Translations under genes and position numbers: made by a program | NCBI GenBank assembly: GCA_030390025.1 | Contig: JASTWF010000036.1 | Span: 1,922,001 to 1,986,000 of the forward strand | Length of the DNA stretch: 64,000 bases | Reading direction: 5' to 3' | Source: Squalus acanthias | Lineage: Eukaryota | Part shown: positions 49,674-61,200 of the stretch, one piece after another | Numbering within the stretch: the first letter of the stretch is position 1 | Layout of the letters: the number at the start of each line of letters is the position of its first letter | Notes under the pieces: model-generated | What the model saw: the letters and a program-made list of their open reading frames with translations, nothing else | Told to the model about the DNA's origin: nothing | The model's database searches: none

Positions 49674-49711
49674 TTACAAGCTTTCGGAGCTGTCGCTCCT
49701 TCGTCAGGTAA
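49674..49711 (-). ncRNA. Minimal hammerhead ribozyme motif (family A variant)
   Basis: Reverse complement of 50254-50291. Confidence 0.78.
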
Positions 49712-50253
49712 GTTAGCAATGAGAGAATCTCCCAGAATTCACAATTTAAACCCAGACAAAATCTGTTCACATTATTCGCTACAACAAAGAGCACAGCCAA
49801 GACAATGAGATGTGTCCCAGGGGGTCCAACGTGTCAAACCACCTGCTGGCTGCATATCCTGTCAATTTGTGTTCTTGTGTTAGCCTTTTTAAAAAAAAAA
49901 ACAAAAAAAAAACCCAAAAAAAACACCTGGGAAGACCGGCCATGATGTCAAGTCACGTTCTGTATCGTGACATGAACCCGATATCGCGATTGAGGCCATC
50001 CTCATGAGTGCGGAACTTGGCTATCAGTTTCTGCTCTATGATTTTGCGCTGTCGTGTATCTCGAAGGCCGCCTTGGAGAACGCTTACCCGCAGATCCGAG
50101 GCTGAATGCCCCTGGCTGCTGAAGTGTTCCCCATGTTGGACCCCCTGGGACACATCTCATTGTCTTGGCTGTGCTCTTTGTTGTAGCGAATAATGTGAAT
50201 AGATTTTGTCTGGGTTTAAATTGTGAATTCTGGGAGATTCTCTCATTGCTAAC

Positions 50254-50291
50254 TTACCTGACGAAGGAGCGACAGCTCCGAAAGCTTGTAA
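50254..50291 (+). ncRNA. Minimal hammerhead ribozyme motif (family A variant)
   Basis: TTAC CTGACGA A GGAGC gaca GCTCC GAAA GC TT GTAA. Confidence 0.78.
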
Positions 50292-50837
50292 AATTAAATA
50301 AATCTGTTGGACTATAACCTGGTGTTGTGCGACTTCTCATTTTTGTCCACCCCAGTCCAACGCCGGCATCTCCACATCATGATTTAAAGACAATTAAGGG
50401 CAACAATTTCTTAAAGCTATACCACCTTTTATATAACTTCTTAAAGTTGTATCCCTATCTCGGATGCCGAGCTCTCAACATCCTGTGGCTTACATATTGT
50501 CCCTCTCTCACTCTGCTACAGCACATTGCATTATTCACTTAAGCGTGACCTCCTATGTGTCAGTCATAACTGTGTTACAGCACAATCACACAGGGGTGTG
50601 CATCAATTTTTTAAAAGAGGCCAGTCACTTCAGGACTTCAGGTAGAACATGTAGCAAGTTATCCCAGCAACATTAATCAAGAAATGTTCAGTGGTTCCGT
50701 AGGCTTCTGTCATTCTGCTGTTAATTGGTACAATGGGCATGGGAAATGAATATTTTAATGCTGTAAAAGGTACAAATTTAATGTCGGCAATGTCGCACAA
50801 TCATTTAATGGCTTGTACCAACGTTGTCTCGCTGGTA

Positions 50838-51060
50838 TTTACCCAGAGAGTGGTGAGAATGTGGAACTCGCTACCACAGGGAGTGGTTGAGGTGAATAGC
50901 ACAGATGCATTTAAGGGGAAGCTGGATAAACACACGAGGGAGAAAGGAATAGAAGGATAGGGTGATAGGGTGAGATGAAGAGGGGTGGGAGGAGGCTCGA
51001 GCGGAGCGTAAACACCGGCATGGACCAGTTGGGCCGAATGGCCTGTTTCTGTGCTGTAAA
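50838..51060 (+). mobile_element. CR1 3' end; related short copies at 8845-9005 and 63695-63830
   Basis: FTQRVVRMWNSLP...FKGKLDKH, followed by gagatgaagaggggtgggaggaggctcg. Confidence 0.82.
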
Positions 51061-52254
51061 CGTTATGTAATGACCCCTTTACAGTCATGAGCTGTGTATA
51101 TGAAACCTCACACCAAATCGTGAAAAAGGTTAAAAGTGGCAAACTGTGTCCATCACCAGCCCAGTCCCTGCAGACCTGGGGCGAGAGATTTGTGATCCCA
51201 CATGTAAGTCGATAAGCGTGCAGTTCGACTTGGCTGTGAAGCCCTCCCCAGTCAAATAGCTGGCTGACACTCAATGTTTGGTTGAATTGAAGGATGGCCT
51301 CTTGGGTGAGGAAGCAGAAAGCGGCTGGCACAAGTGGAACTGATGGAGTCAACACCTTCAGGAGAGAAGGGAAGAAGAGACTGAAGAGGAAAAAAGACTC
51401 AGCTATTCAGCAATTGAAGGATTCGTTTATTACTTTCCAGCTTTAACACAGCAGACACTTGCAAGCCACAGTTGAGTAGCAAGTAAATCATTTCATGTTT
51501 GATCAACATCCGCTGGGATTACACGTTAAACAGTGCCAGTTTACAGCTTTGCAGCTGTTTGATGTGAACATTGGCTCCTGGGCTTCATTATGAGCCAAAG
51601 GATGTGTGTCTGAAACACAACCAAATCTACTTAAAGGCCCCAGTTGAGCTCTCAGAGCCAGGCTCACTCTGGAAACCAGAAAGATGCCGGTGTCCTGGAA
51701 TTTCCTGGAGTGCTCCAGTTTTGACTCTGACTGAAGCAAGCCATAGTGGGGCACAGTGCTATATATGTGCAAACATGAAGCACTGACCCTCACTTGGGTA
51801 TGCCTGTGGTCCTATGCTCCACGTATGCACAAAAGTACCCTGGATTTGAGCTTGATAGAGCAATGCATGTTGTAATGGCAGGAGAAACAGCAATTCTGGC
51901 ACTGTGACCTGAAATGGGACTTTGGAGATGATAATGTCTGCCTTTCATTCAAGATAAGTTTATAGAGGAGGAGGTTTAGTTTAACAAGTAGACATCATAG
52001 CTCAGTGCTTGAATGCGATATATGGTGCGATAGGTCCCAGCTTTGATCCTTGGGCTACGCTGAACCAGCTGATCTCAACCAGAGTCATGGTAAAGCACTG
52101 CAATTGGCCAAAGTGTCCCTGGACCAGCGAGGAGAAAGTTAGTCAGATTTCTCACTCCTGATGGCTATCCATTTTTTGTTGGAAAATGAACATTGGGAGA
52201 AGTCGGGATCAGGCCCAAGGCCAGCGAGCCCACTGATAGTCATGGTCGGAGCTC

Positions 52255-53170
52255 ATTTCTCTCGACCCCTCCACGGTCTCTAAATTGTCAGACTGCTTGT
52301 CCGACATCCAGTTCTGGATGAGCAGAATTTTTCTCCAATTAAATATTGGGAAGAGCGAAGCCATTGTTTTCGGTCCCCGCCACAAACTCTGTTCCCTAGC
52401 CACTGACTCCATCCCTCTCACTAACATCCATCTGAGGCTGAACCACACTGTTCGCAACCTTGGTGTCACATTTGACCCTGAAATGAGCTTCCGACCACAT
52501 ATCCGCAGCATAACTAAGACCGCCTATTTCCACCTCCATAACATCGCCCGTCTCCGCCCCTGCCTCAACTCATCCGTTGCTGAAACCCTCATTTGTTACC
52601 TCTAGACTTAACTATTCCAACGCACTCCTGGCTGGCCTCCCACATTCCACCCTACGTAAACTTGAGGTCATCCAAAACTCGGCTGCCCGTGTCCTAACTC
52701 GCACCAAGTCCCATTCACCCATCACCCCTGTGCTCGCTGACCTACATTGGCTCCCGGTTAAGCAGCGCCTCGATTTCAAAATTCTCATCCTTGTTTTCAA
52801 ATCCCTCCATGGCCTCGCCCCTCCCTATCTCTGTAATCTCCTTCAGCCCCCACAACCCCCCGAGATATCTGCGCTCCTCTAATTCTGCCCTCTTGGGCAT
52901 CCCTGATTATAATCGCTCAACCATTGGTGGCCGTGCCTTCTGTTGCCTGGGCCCTAAGCTCTGGAACTCCCTCCCTAAACCTCTCCGCTTCTCTTTCCTC
53001 CTTTAAGACGCTCCTTAAAACCTACCTCTTTGACCAAGCTTTTGGTCACCTGCCCTAATTTCTCCTTATGTGGCTCGGTGTCAAATTTTTTGTCTTATAA
53101 TACACCTGTGCAGCGCCTTGGGACATTTTACTACGTTAAAGGCGCTATATAAATACAAGCTGTTGTTGAT
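52255..53170 (+). mobile_element. L2 LINE 3' part (ORF2 C-terminus plus tail)
   Basis: WMSRIFLQLNIGKSE, VRNLGVTFD, SRLNYSNALL, IQNSAARVL, LHWLPV; tail aaaggcgctatataaatac. Confidence 0.92.
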
Positions 53171-53719
53171 GTTGAATGGCCTCTTGGCTGAGGTATCAGA
53201 GATCAGCTGGTGACAATGGAACTGTCCCCCAGCAGAGGCAGCGCCTTCGAGGGTGCGGGGGCGGGCGTGGGTGCAGGGTGGGGAAGGAGAAGTAAAACGG
53301 GTGACCTGTACAGATTGCCACTAGTTTATTATTCTCTCCTGAACTTCTGCTTAACATCAACCATTTCTCCACAACGTAATTTCTGCTGATTCAAATTATC
53401 CCTAAAATACGTCAGAAGAACGGAGAAACCCAGATTAGGACCAACAACGGCCATGGAAAAGGAGACAAATTACACAAGAGCCAGTGACTTTATTTCAAAG
53501 CCTATTTAAATTCTCTTTAAGTATTAATGTGAAAGTCGTTCCAATTTTAATATTTTTCCGTGTTTATATTGAGTACTTGTCACTTGACTCTATATAGAAT
53601 TGACCTGAAATTCACAATGATATTATCAAATATGATAATTGGGTCCTTTACATCAAGTTAAGGGATAATGGTGCAGTATGATCTTTTTATATTGTATTAA
53701 ATTATAAAGACAGAAGAAA

Positions 53720-53960
53720 GAAAGACTTGCATTTATATAGCGACTTTCACATCCTCAAGATGTCCCAAAGCGCTTCACAGCCAAAGTACTTTTGAAGTGC
53801 AGCCTCACAAACAGCAATGAGATAAATGATCAGATAATCTGTGGTTAGTGATGTTGGTTGAGGGATAAATATGGGCCAGGTCACCAGGGAACACTCCCCT
53901 GCTTCTCTTTGCATGGTGCACGGGATCTGTTATATCCACCTGAGAGGGCAGACGGGGCCT
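53720..53960 (-). mobile_element. Partial Deu-domain SINE
   Basis: gaaagacttgcatttatatagcg...ccacctgagagggcagacggggcctc. Confidence 0.78.
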
Positions 53961-54369
53961 CAATGCACCTCAAAGTCATGAGATGTAAAGCAGGCTGCCG
54001 ACTCGCTATCACCCGTTTAACACTATTATACAAAGTCAAGATCGACCCCAGGAAGTCAAGACCAAAAGTAGTCTTCAGGTGAAGTGCAATTCGAGGGCAG
54101 TGGGATAATTGGACCAGGACTTGCAGCTGTAATTCATTCCCCATTTTAAAGTCCTACATTCAGTCCTTATTTTTATATTTCCATTATAAATTCCTATGTC
54201 CACTCCACTGGGGAAAAGTGTAATTGTAGGGTGACAAGTCTAGGTAGGCAGTTTTAATTATACATGTGGACACAGGAATTTATAATGATAAATGTTGACA
54301 AAGCACGTAGAGGTAAGTTTAATAAATTGATAGATATACAATATGTATTTGTTTTCTGTAACATGCGAT

Positions 54370-54985
54370 GAACTCGCACCAAGTCCCGTTCACCCATCAC
54401 CCCTGTGCTTGCTGACCTACATTGGCTCCTGTTTCAGCAACGCCTCGATTTAAAAATTCTCACTCTTGTTTTCAAATCCCTCCATGGCCTCGCCCCTCCC
54501 TATCTCTGTCACCTCCTCCAGCCCGCTACATCCCTCTGAGATCTCTGCGTTCCTCCAATTCTGGCCTCTTGCACATCCCTGATTATAATCGCTCTACCAT
54601 TGGCGGCCGTGCCTTCTGTTGCCTCGGCCCTAAGCTCTGGAATTCCCTCCCTAAACCTATCCGCCTCTCTCCCTCTCTTTCCTCCTTTTAAGACGCTCCT
54701 AAAACCTACCTCTTTGACCAAGCTTTTGGTCACCTGCCCTAATATCTCCTTATGTGGATCGGTGTCAAATTTTGTCTGATTACACTCCTGTGAAGCACCT
54801 TGGGACATTTTACAGCAACAACAACTTGTATTTATATAGCGCCTTTAACGTAGTAAATCGTCCCAAGGGCGCTTCACAGGAGTGTAAATCAGACAAAATT
54901 TGACCCCGAGCCATATAAGGAGACATTAGGGCAGACACGATGTAGGTTTACTTTAAAGACGCTATATAAATGCAAGTTGTTGTCA
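54370..54985 (+). mobile_element. L2 3' end with an inverted L2 tail (~54815-54935) inserted near its terminus
   Basis: The plus-strand tail is split after gggacattttac; a minus-strand tail acaacaacttgtatttatatagcgcc follows, then the plus tail resumes taaagacgctatataaatgc. Confidence 0.82.
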
Positions 54986-55726
54986 TTGTTGAAATGAAAC
55001 CGATTATCACTACATCTGCAATTACATGGTACAAAAACATTTCTGTTCTTGCCACGTGATACGGCCCCAGGAGTCTACTATCTGCCAAAAGCACCTGCTA
55101 CTGGAAGCAAAAAAAACACATTCTTGCCAAAAAAATTAATACAACTTGCCTCACAATTTCCTCCCTTTCTGAACGACATCGAATGCTGTGTGCTTCAAAG
55201 ATGCCAGCACCTCTCGACTTCATTTCTTTTATTGAGAAACGCAGGTGAAAGGCCAGCGTTGAGTAGGAGTGAAGGTGAGCAAAACTCAAAATGTGGTGAT
55301 CAGGTGATGCCAAGCTTGTGTTTTTTTTGAAAGCCTGTAGATTGTCGGAGGAAGGGAAGTCTGAGGGAAGTGAAGAGTCCCACAGTTTTGAGGTACTGGG
55401 AAAGAAGGAGATAAAGTAGGAGATGGTGCAAGTAGGGAGGAGGAAGATTGCGTAGGGTGGAGTATTTGGAGCTTAGGAGGAACAAGAATGGGATGTTCAG
55501 AGGAACATTTTTTTGTTTTCCATACAGACTCCAGCAGCTGCCACATTTGACCCATTGTGATCCCACCTCATTGTCTTTGTTGTATTTTGCTATTGTCTTT
55601 GATGTAATGTTTTCCTGACTGACCTGTTTGGACACCATCCACACCTTTGATTGCCGTGATTATCTCTCTGCCGAGGTGTGATAAAGGGCAGTTAGAAAGA
55701 TTAACTGTAGTCATCTGGCAGTGTTC

Positions 55727-55890
55727 TCTGACTATATATGCCATGCCTATATGCATCTCTTCACTTCACCTGACGAAGGAGCAGCGCTCCGAAAGCTTGT
55801 GATTTCAAATAAAGCTGTTGGACTATAACCTGGTGTTGTGCGACTTCTTACTTTTGTCCACCCCAGTCCAACACCGGCATCTCCGCATCA
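55727..55890 (+). mobile_element. Solo Penelope-like terminal repeat (family A)
   Basis: Reverse complement of 25639-25800, ending ccggcatctccgcatca. Confidence 0.83.
55766..55802 (+). ncRNA. Minimal hammerhead ribozyme motif (family A)
   Basis: TCAC CTGACGA A GGAGC agc GCTCC GAAA GC TT GTGA. Confidence 0.78.
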
Positions 55891-56736
55891 GAGGAACAAT
55901 GGCTGCTGTTGATAAGACAGAGAGATAAGAAAGATTGGAACGGAAGGAAAGAATTTGGTGCATGGTGATCTCATTTCAATTTAAAACAACAATATTCAAG
56001 AATTAACACAAATGGATGGAACAAGGATTTTAATATCGGTGAGAATTCTTTTCAAGTTTTTTTTAAGGGGTCTCGATGATGAGATGCTCTTTAAAATCTG
56101 ATGAACATTATACAATGGGCAGAAACAATTACTGGTAATTGCACAGTTTAGCAGGGAGAAGCTTAAATCAAAGGCCAAATGAGAGTGATTGGCAGTCGCT
56201 CCTAATTAGAGGGCAAAATCTTGATCACTTCTTCAAATGCGATCCTTTCAAAAGCCACAGCAGCACAGAATTATTATTGGAGATGTCCCATTTACAGCTG
56301 ATCATCATTTAAATGACTTTTAACTGGAAGGATGCATTTAAAATTGAATGCCTCTCAATCTATTGATGATAAGCCTTACAGAGCCATCAGAGCAAAACAT
56401 CATTTGTCAGTTGTCAAAATCACCGCAAAATGTGGCCTTCTGTGATCAATCTTCAATAAAAAGAGTTTGGATGCTATTTTGAAGAGGTAATCTCACCTTT
56501 TGTTGCTAAACAATTGTTGAAAGTGATGAAAAATCAAAGTCTCACAAAGTGAGGACCTCCACTGGTACAGATGGGAGGGGTGGAGTAGGAGAACTGATTT
56601 AATTTTGGTGCCACATAATATCTATTTCAATCAGATCCAAAAGATTTTGACAGCATTTGTTTCCAACTTGGGCACAAAATTCAATTTTGTTACGCCATTT
56701 CAGCGTCCTGTCAGCACATCCTCTTCCTCTTTTTGC

Positions 56737-57180
56737 CTTGGCTCAGTTGGGTGCGCTCGAGCAGCTGAGTCCCAAGGGACTCCAGGGACTTTAGCACAGA
56801 ATCGAAGCTGATACTCCAGTGCAGTGCTGAGGGAGTGCTGCACTGTCAGAGTCTTTCGGATCAGACATTAAACTGAGGCCTCGTCTGCCCTCTCAGGTGG
56901 ATGGAAAAGATCCCACGGCACTATTTTGAAGAAGAGCGGGGGAGTTCTCCCCGGTGTCCTGGGGCCAATATTTGTCCCTCAACCAACACCTAAAACAGAT
57001 GATCTGGTCATTATCACATTGCTGTTTGTGGGAGCTTGCTGTGCGCAAATTGGCTGCTGTGTTTTCTACATTACAACAGTGACTACACTTCAAAAGTACT
57101 TCATTGGCTGTAAAGTGCTTTGGGACGTCCTGAGGTCGTGAAAGGCGCTATAGAACTGCCAGTCTTTCTTTCCTTCTTTC
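56737..57180 (+). mobile_element. Deu-domain SINE
   Basis: tggctcagttgg head, then Deu body and tail. Confidence 0.83.
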
Positions 57181-57259
57181 TTTCCATCTTAAGGCATCCG
57201 TCCCGAATGACCCTAAAATCCCTCTGTTGCTGCTTCCATTTTTTTTCTTCAAAGATTTT

Positions 57260-57975
57260 GGGGGTGGAATTGGGTGCCTACGCGCCTCCCGTTAGTGCCC
57301 CCGGGAGGCGCTAACGGGGCGCAAATGGCTTTGCGACCGGGCGCGGCGCTGACATCGACTCCGGCCATATTCGGCGGGAGTTTTGTGGCGGCACTACGGC
57401 GTTGCACCCCGATCTCCTTCGCCCGGAGATCGTGACGTCCTCACCGTGCGCATTACCCCGGACCCGAAATTGACTTCCGCCCCCTGCGGCAGCGTCGGGC
57501 GAAAACACCGACAGTGGCAGGAGGCGTGCATCGGGCGGCTGGCCGCTTCGGGGGCAATGATTAAAGGCGAGGGGGCCGAGGGAAGTAAAAAAAAAACTTC
57601 GCTTTCCTGTTCTAGTTTTTTTCGTGGGTTCCTGCCCGCGATCGATCAGCACTCTGCTTGAGCGCCGGGCTGATCGCGCGGGATCGCGGCTGCCTTGCTG
57701 GTCCAGGTAGGTACTTTTTCCTTGCAGAGCCTGCAGCGATGGCCTTTCCCTTTAAGGGAGGGAAGGAGCCATTGAACGCGGCGGCGCTGCACGGCCCAGT
57801 GTGCAGTGCTGCTGAAGTCTCCAACGTTAGCGCCCTAAGAAGGAAGTGGAGGGCTTGATTTAGCGCTCCACCTCCCTCTTGAGGCGCTAAAACTCAATCT
57901 CGCGGTCACCAGCGCTAAAGTTAGCGCCCAGGCGATGTTACCGCCCCAAAATGGTCGATACCAAATTTTTACCCC
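57260..57975. mobile_element. Harbinger-like GC-rich non-autonomous element
   Basis: GGGGGTGGAATTGG...CCAAATTTTTACCCC. Shares gcgcctcccgttag and gccccaaaatgg subterminal blocks with 27955-28836. Confidence 0.78.
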
Positions 57976-58294
57976 TTCAGGTTTTGCCTCTACTGCTCTA
58001 ACCAGGAGTCCATTCCATGTGTCACTCACTCTTTGTGTGAAGAAAAACTTCCTGATATCAGTCCTAATTTTGCCTTTTACTAGTTTGGACCTGTGGCCCC
58101 TTGTTCTACTCTTGCAATTTATTTTAAGATATACTTTCTTGTATACTTCTATAAGATCACCTGTCAAAGACTTCTTTTCAAGATTGAAAAATCTCACGTC
58201 TCTCCAGTCTTTCATTATAACTCAGACCTCCAACACTAGGAATCAGTCTTGCACTGCCCCCGAGGTTTGAATGTATCTCAGTGACCAGAACCAA

Positions 58295-61200
58295 AGAAAG
58301 AGACATTCGGACAGGTGATCAAAAGCTTGGTCAAAGAGGGAGGTTTTAAGGAGCACCTTAAAGGAGGAGAGAGAGGTAGAGAGGCGGAGAGGTTTAGGGA
58401 GGGAATTCCAGAGCTTAGGGACTAGGTTGCTAAAGGCTCGGCCGCCAATGGTGGGGCAAAGGAAGTGGGGGATGCACGAGAGGAGGATCGCAGAGTTCTT
58501 GGAGGGTTGTAGGGCTGGAGGGGGTTACAGAGATAGGGAGGGTTGTAGGGGCTGGAGGAGGTTACAGAGATAGGGAGGGTTGTAGGGGGCTGGAGGAGGT
58601 TACAGAGATAGGGAGGGTTGTAGGGGCTGGAGGAGGTTACAGAGATAGGGAGGGTTGTAGGGAGCTGGAGGAGGTTACAGAGGTAGGGAGGGTTGTAGGG
58701 GGCTGGAGGAGTTTACAGAGATAGGGAGGGTTGTAGGGGCTGGAGGAGGTTACAGAGATAGGGAGGGTTGTAGGGGGCTGGAGGAGGTTACAGAGATAGG
58801 GAGGGTTGTAGGGCTGGAGGAGGTTACAGAGATAGGGAGGGTTGTAGGGGGCTGGAGGAGGTTACAGAGATGGGGAGGGTTGTAGGGGGCTGGAGGAGGT
58901 TACAGAGATAGGGAGGGTGGTAGGGGGCTGGAGGAAGTTACAGAGATAGGGAGGGTTGTAGGGGGCTGGAGGAGGTTACAGAGATAGGGAGGGTTGTAGG
59001 GGGCTGGAGGAGGTTACAGAGATAGGGAGGGTTGTAGGGGGCTGGAGGAGGTTACAGAGATAGGGAGGGTTGTAGGGGCTGGAGGAGGTTACAGAGATAG
59101 GGAGGGTTGTAGGGGGCTGGAGGAGGTTACAGAGATAGGGATGGTTGTAGGGGGCTGGAGGAGGTTACAGAGATAGGGAGGGTTGTAGGGGGCTGGAGGA
59201 GGTTACAGAGATAGGGAGGGTTGTAGGGGGCTGGAGGAGGTTACAGAGATAGGGAGGGTTGTAGGGGGCTGGAGGAGGTTACAGAGATAGGGAGAGTTGT
59301 AGGGGGCTGGAGGAGGTTACAGAGATAGGGAGGGTTGTAGGGGGCTGGAGGAGGTTACAGAGATAGGGAGGGTTGTAGGGGGCTGGAGGAGGTTACAGAG
59401 ATAGGGAGGGTTGTAGGGGGCTGGAGGAGGTTACAGAGATAGGGAGGGTTGTAGGGGGCTGGAGGAGGTTACAGAGATAGGGAGGGTTGTAGGGGGCTGG
59501 AGGAGGTTACAGAGATAGGGAGGGTTGTAGGGGGCTGGAGGAGGTTACAGAGATAGGGAGGGTTGTGGGAGGCTGGAGGAGGTTACAGAGATAGGGAGGA
59601 TTGTAGGGGGCTGGAGGAGGTTACAGAGTTGGGAGGGTTGTAGGGGGCTGGAGGAGGTTACAGAGATAGGGAGGGTTGTAGGGGGCTGGAGGAGGTTACA
59701 GAGATGGGGAGTGATGGGGCTGGAGGAGGTTACAGAGATAGGGAGGGTTGTAGGGGGCTGGAGGAGGTTACAGAGATAGGGAGGGTTGTTGGGGGCTGGA
59801 GGAGATTACAGAGATAGGGAGGATTGTAGGGGGCTGGAGGAGGTTACAGAGATAGGGAGGGCTGTAGGGGCTGGAGGAGGTTACAGAGATAGGGAGTGTT
59901 GCAGGGGCTGGAGGAGGTTACAGAGTTAGGGAGGGTTGTAGGGGCTGGAGGAGGTTACAGAGATAGGGAGGGTTGGCGGGGCTGGAGGAGGTTACAGAGA
60001 TAGGGAGGGTTGTAGGGGGCTGGAGGAGGGTACAGAGATAGGGAGGGTTGTAGGGGGCTGGAGGAGGGTACAGAGATAGGGAGGGTTGTAGGGGGCTGGA
60101 GGAGGTTACAGAGATAGGGAGGGTTGTAGGGGCTGGAGGAGGTTACAGAGTTAGGGAGGGTTGTAGGGGGCTGGAGGAGGTTACAGAGATAGGGAGGGTT
60201 GTAGGGGGCTGGAGGAGGTTACAGAGATAGGGAGGGTTGTAGGGGCTGGAGGAGGCTACAGAGATAGGGAGGGTTGTAGGGGCTGGAGGAGGTTACAGAG
60301 ATAGGGAGGGTTGTAGGGGCTGGAGGAGGTTACAGAGATAGGGAGGGTAGTATGGGGCTGGAGGAGGTTACAGAGATAGGGAGGGTTGTAGGGGGCTGGA
60401 GAAGGTTACAGAGATAGGGAGGGTTGTAGGGGCTGGAGGAGGTTACAGAGATAGGGAGGGTTGTAGGGGGCAGGAGGAGGTTACAGAGATAGGGAGGGTT
60501 GTAGGGGGCTGGAGGAGGTTACAGAGATAGGGAGGGTTGTAGAGGCTGGAGGAGGTTACAGAGTTAGGGAGGGTTGTAGGGGGCTGGAGGAGGTTACAGA
60601 GATAGGGAGCGTTGTAGAGGCTGGAGGAGGTTACAGAGTTAGGGAGGGTTGTAGGGGGCTGGAGGAGGTTACAGAGATAGGGAGGGTTGTAGGGGGCTGG
60701 AGGTGGTTACAGAGATAGGGAGGGTTGTAGGGGGCTGGAGGATGTTACAGAGATAGGGAGGGTTGTAGGGGGCTGGAGGAGGTTACAGAGATAGGGAGGG
60801 TTGTAGGGGCTGGAGGAGGTTACAGAGATAGGGAGGGTTGTAGAGGCTGGAGGAGGTTACAGAGTTAGGGAGGGTTGTAGGGGGCTGGAGGAGGTTACAG
60901 AGATAGGGAGGGTTGTAGGGGCTGGAGGCGGTTACAGAGTTAGGGAGGGTTGTAGGGGGCTGGAGGAGGTTACAGAGATAGGGAGGGTTGTAGGGGGCTG
61001 GAGGAGGTTACAGAGATAGGGAGGGTTGTAGGGGGCTGGAGGAGGTTACAGAGATAGGGAGGGTTGTAGGGAGCTGGAGGAGGTTACAGAGATCGGGAGG
61101 GTTGTAGAGGACTGGAGGAGGTTACAGAGATAGGGAGGGTTGTAGGGGGCTGGAGGAGGTTACAGAGATAGGGAGGGTTGTAGGGAGCTGGAGGAGGTTA

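Larger units (their letters stand above)
49623..50379 (-). mobile_element. Penelope-like retroelement 3' fragment (family A) with a GIY-YIG endonuclease C-terminal remnant and inverted terminal repeats
   Basis: Minus-strand peptide GEHFSSQGHSASDLRVSVLQ...RKIIEQKLIAKFRTHEDGLNRDIGF. Inverted arms ~49618-49830 and ~50135-50347. Direct repeat tgatttaaagacaa at 49609-49622 and 50380-50393. Confidence 0.88.

Noticed and set aside
47273..49711. 812-aa proline-rich ORF and the opposite-strand G/E/R-rich ORFs
   Set aside because: These are translations of the C/T low-complexity tract, which lacks stop codons by composition; the start lies inside a SINE.
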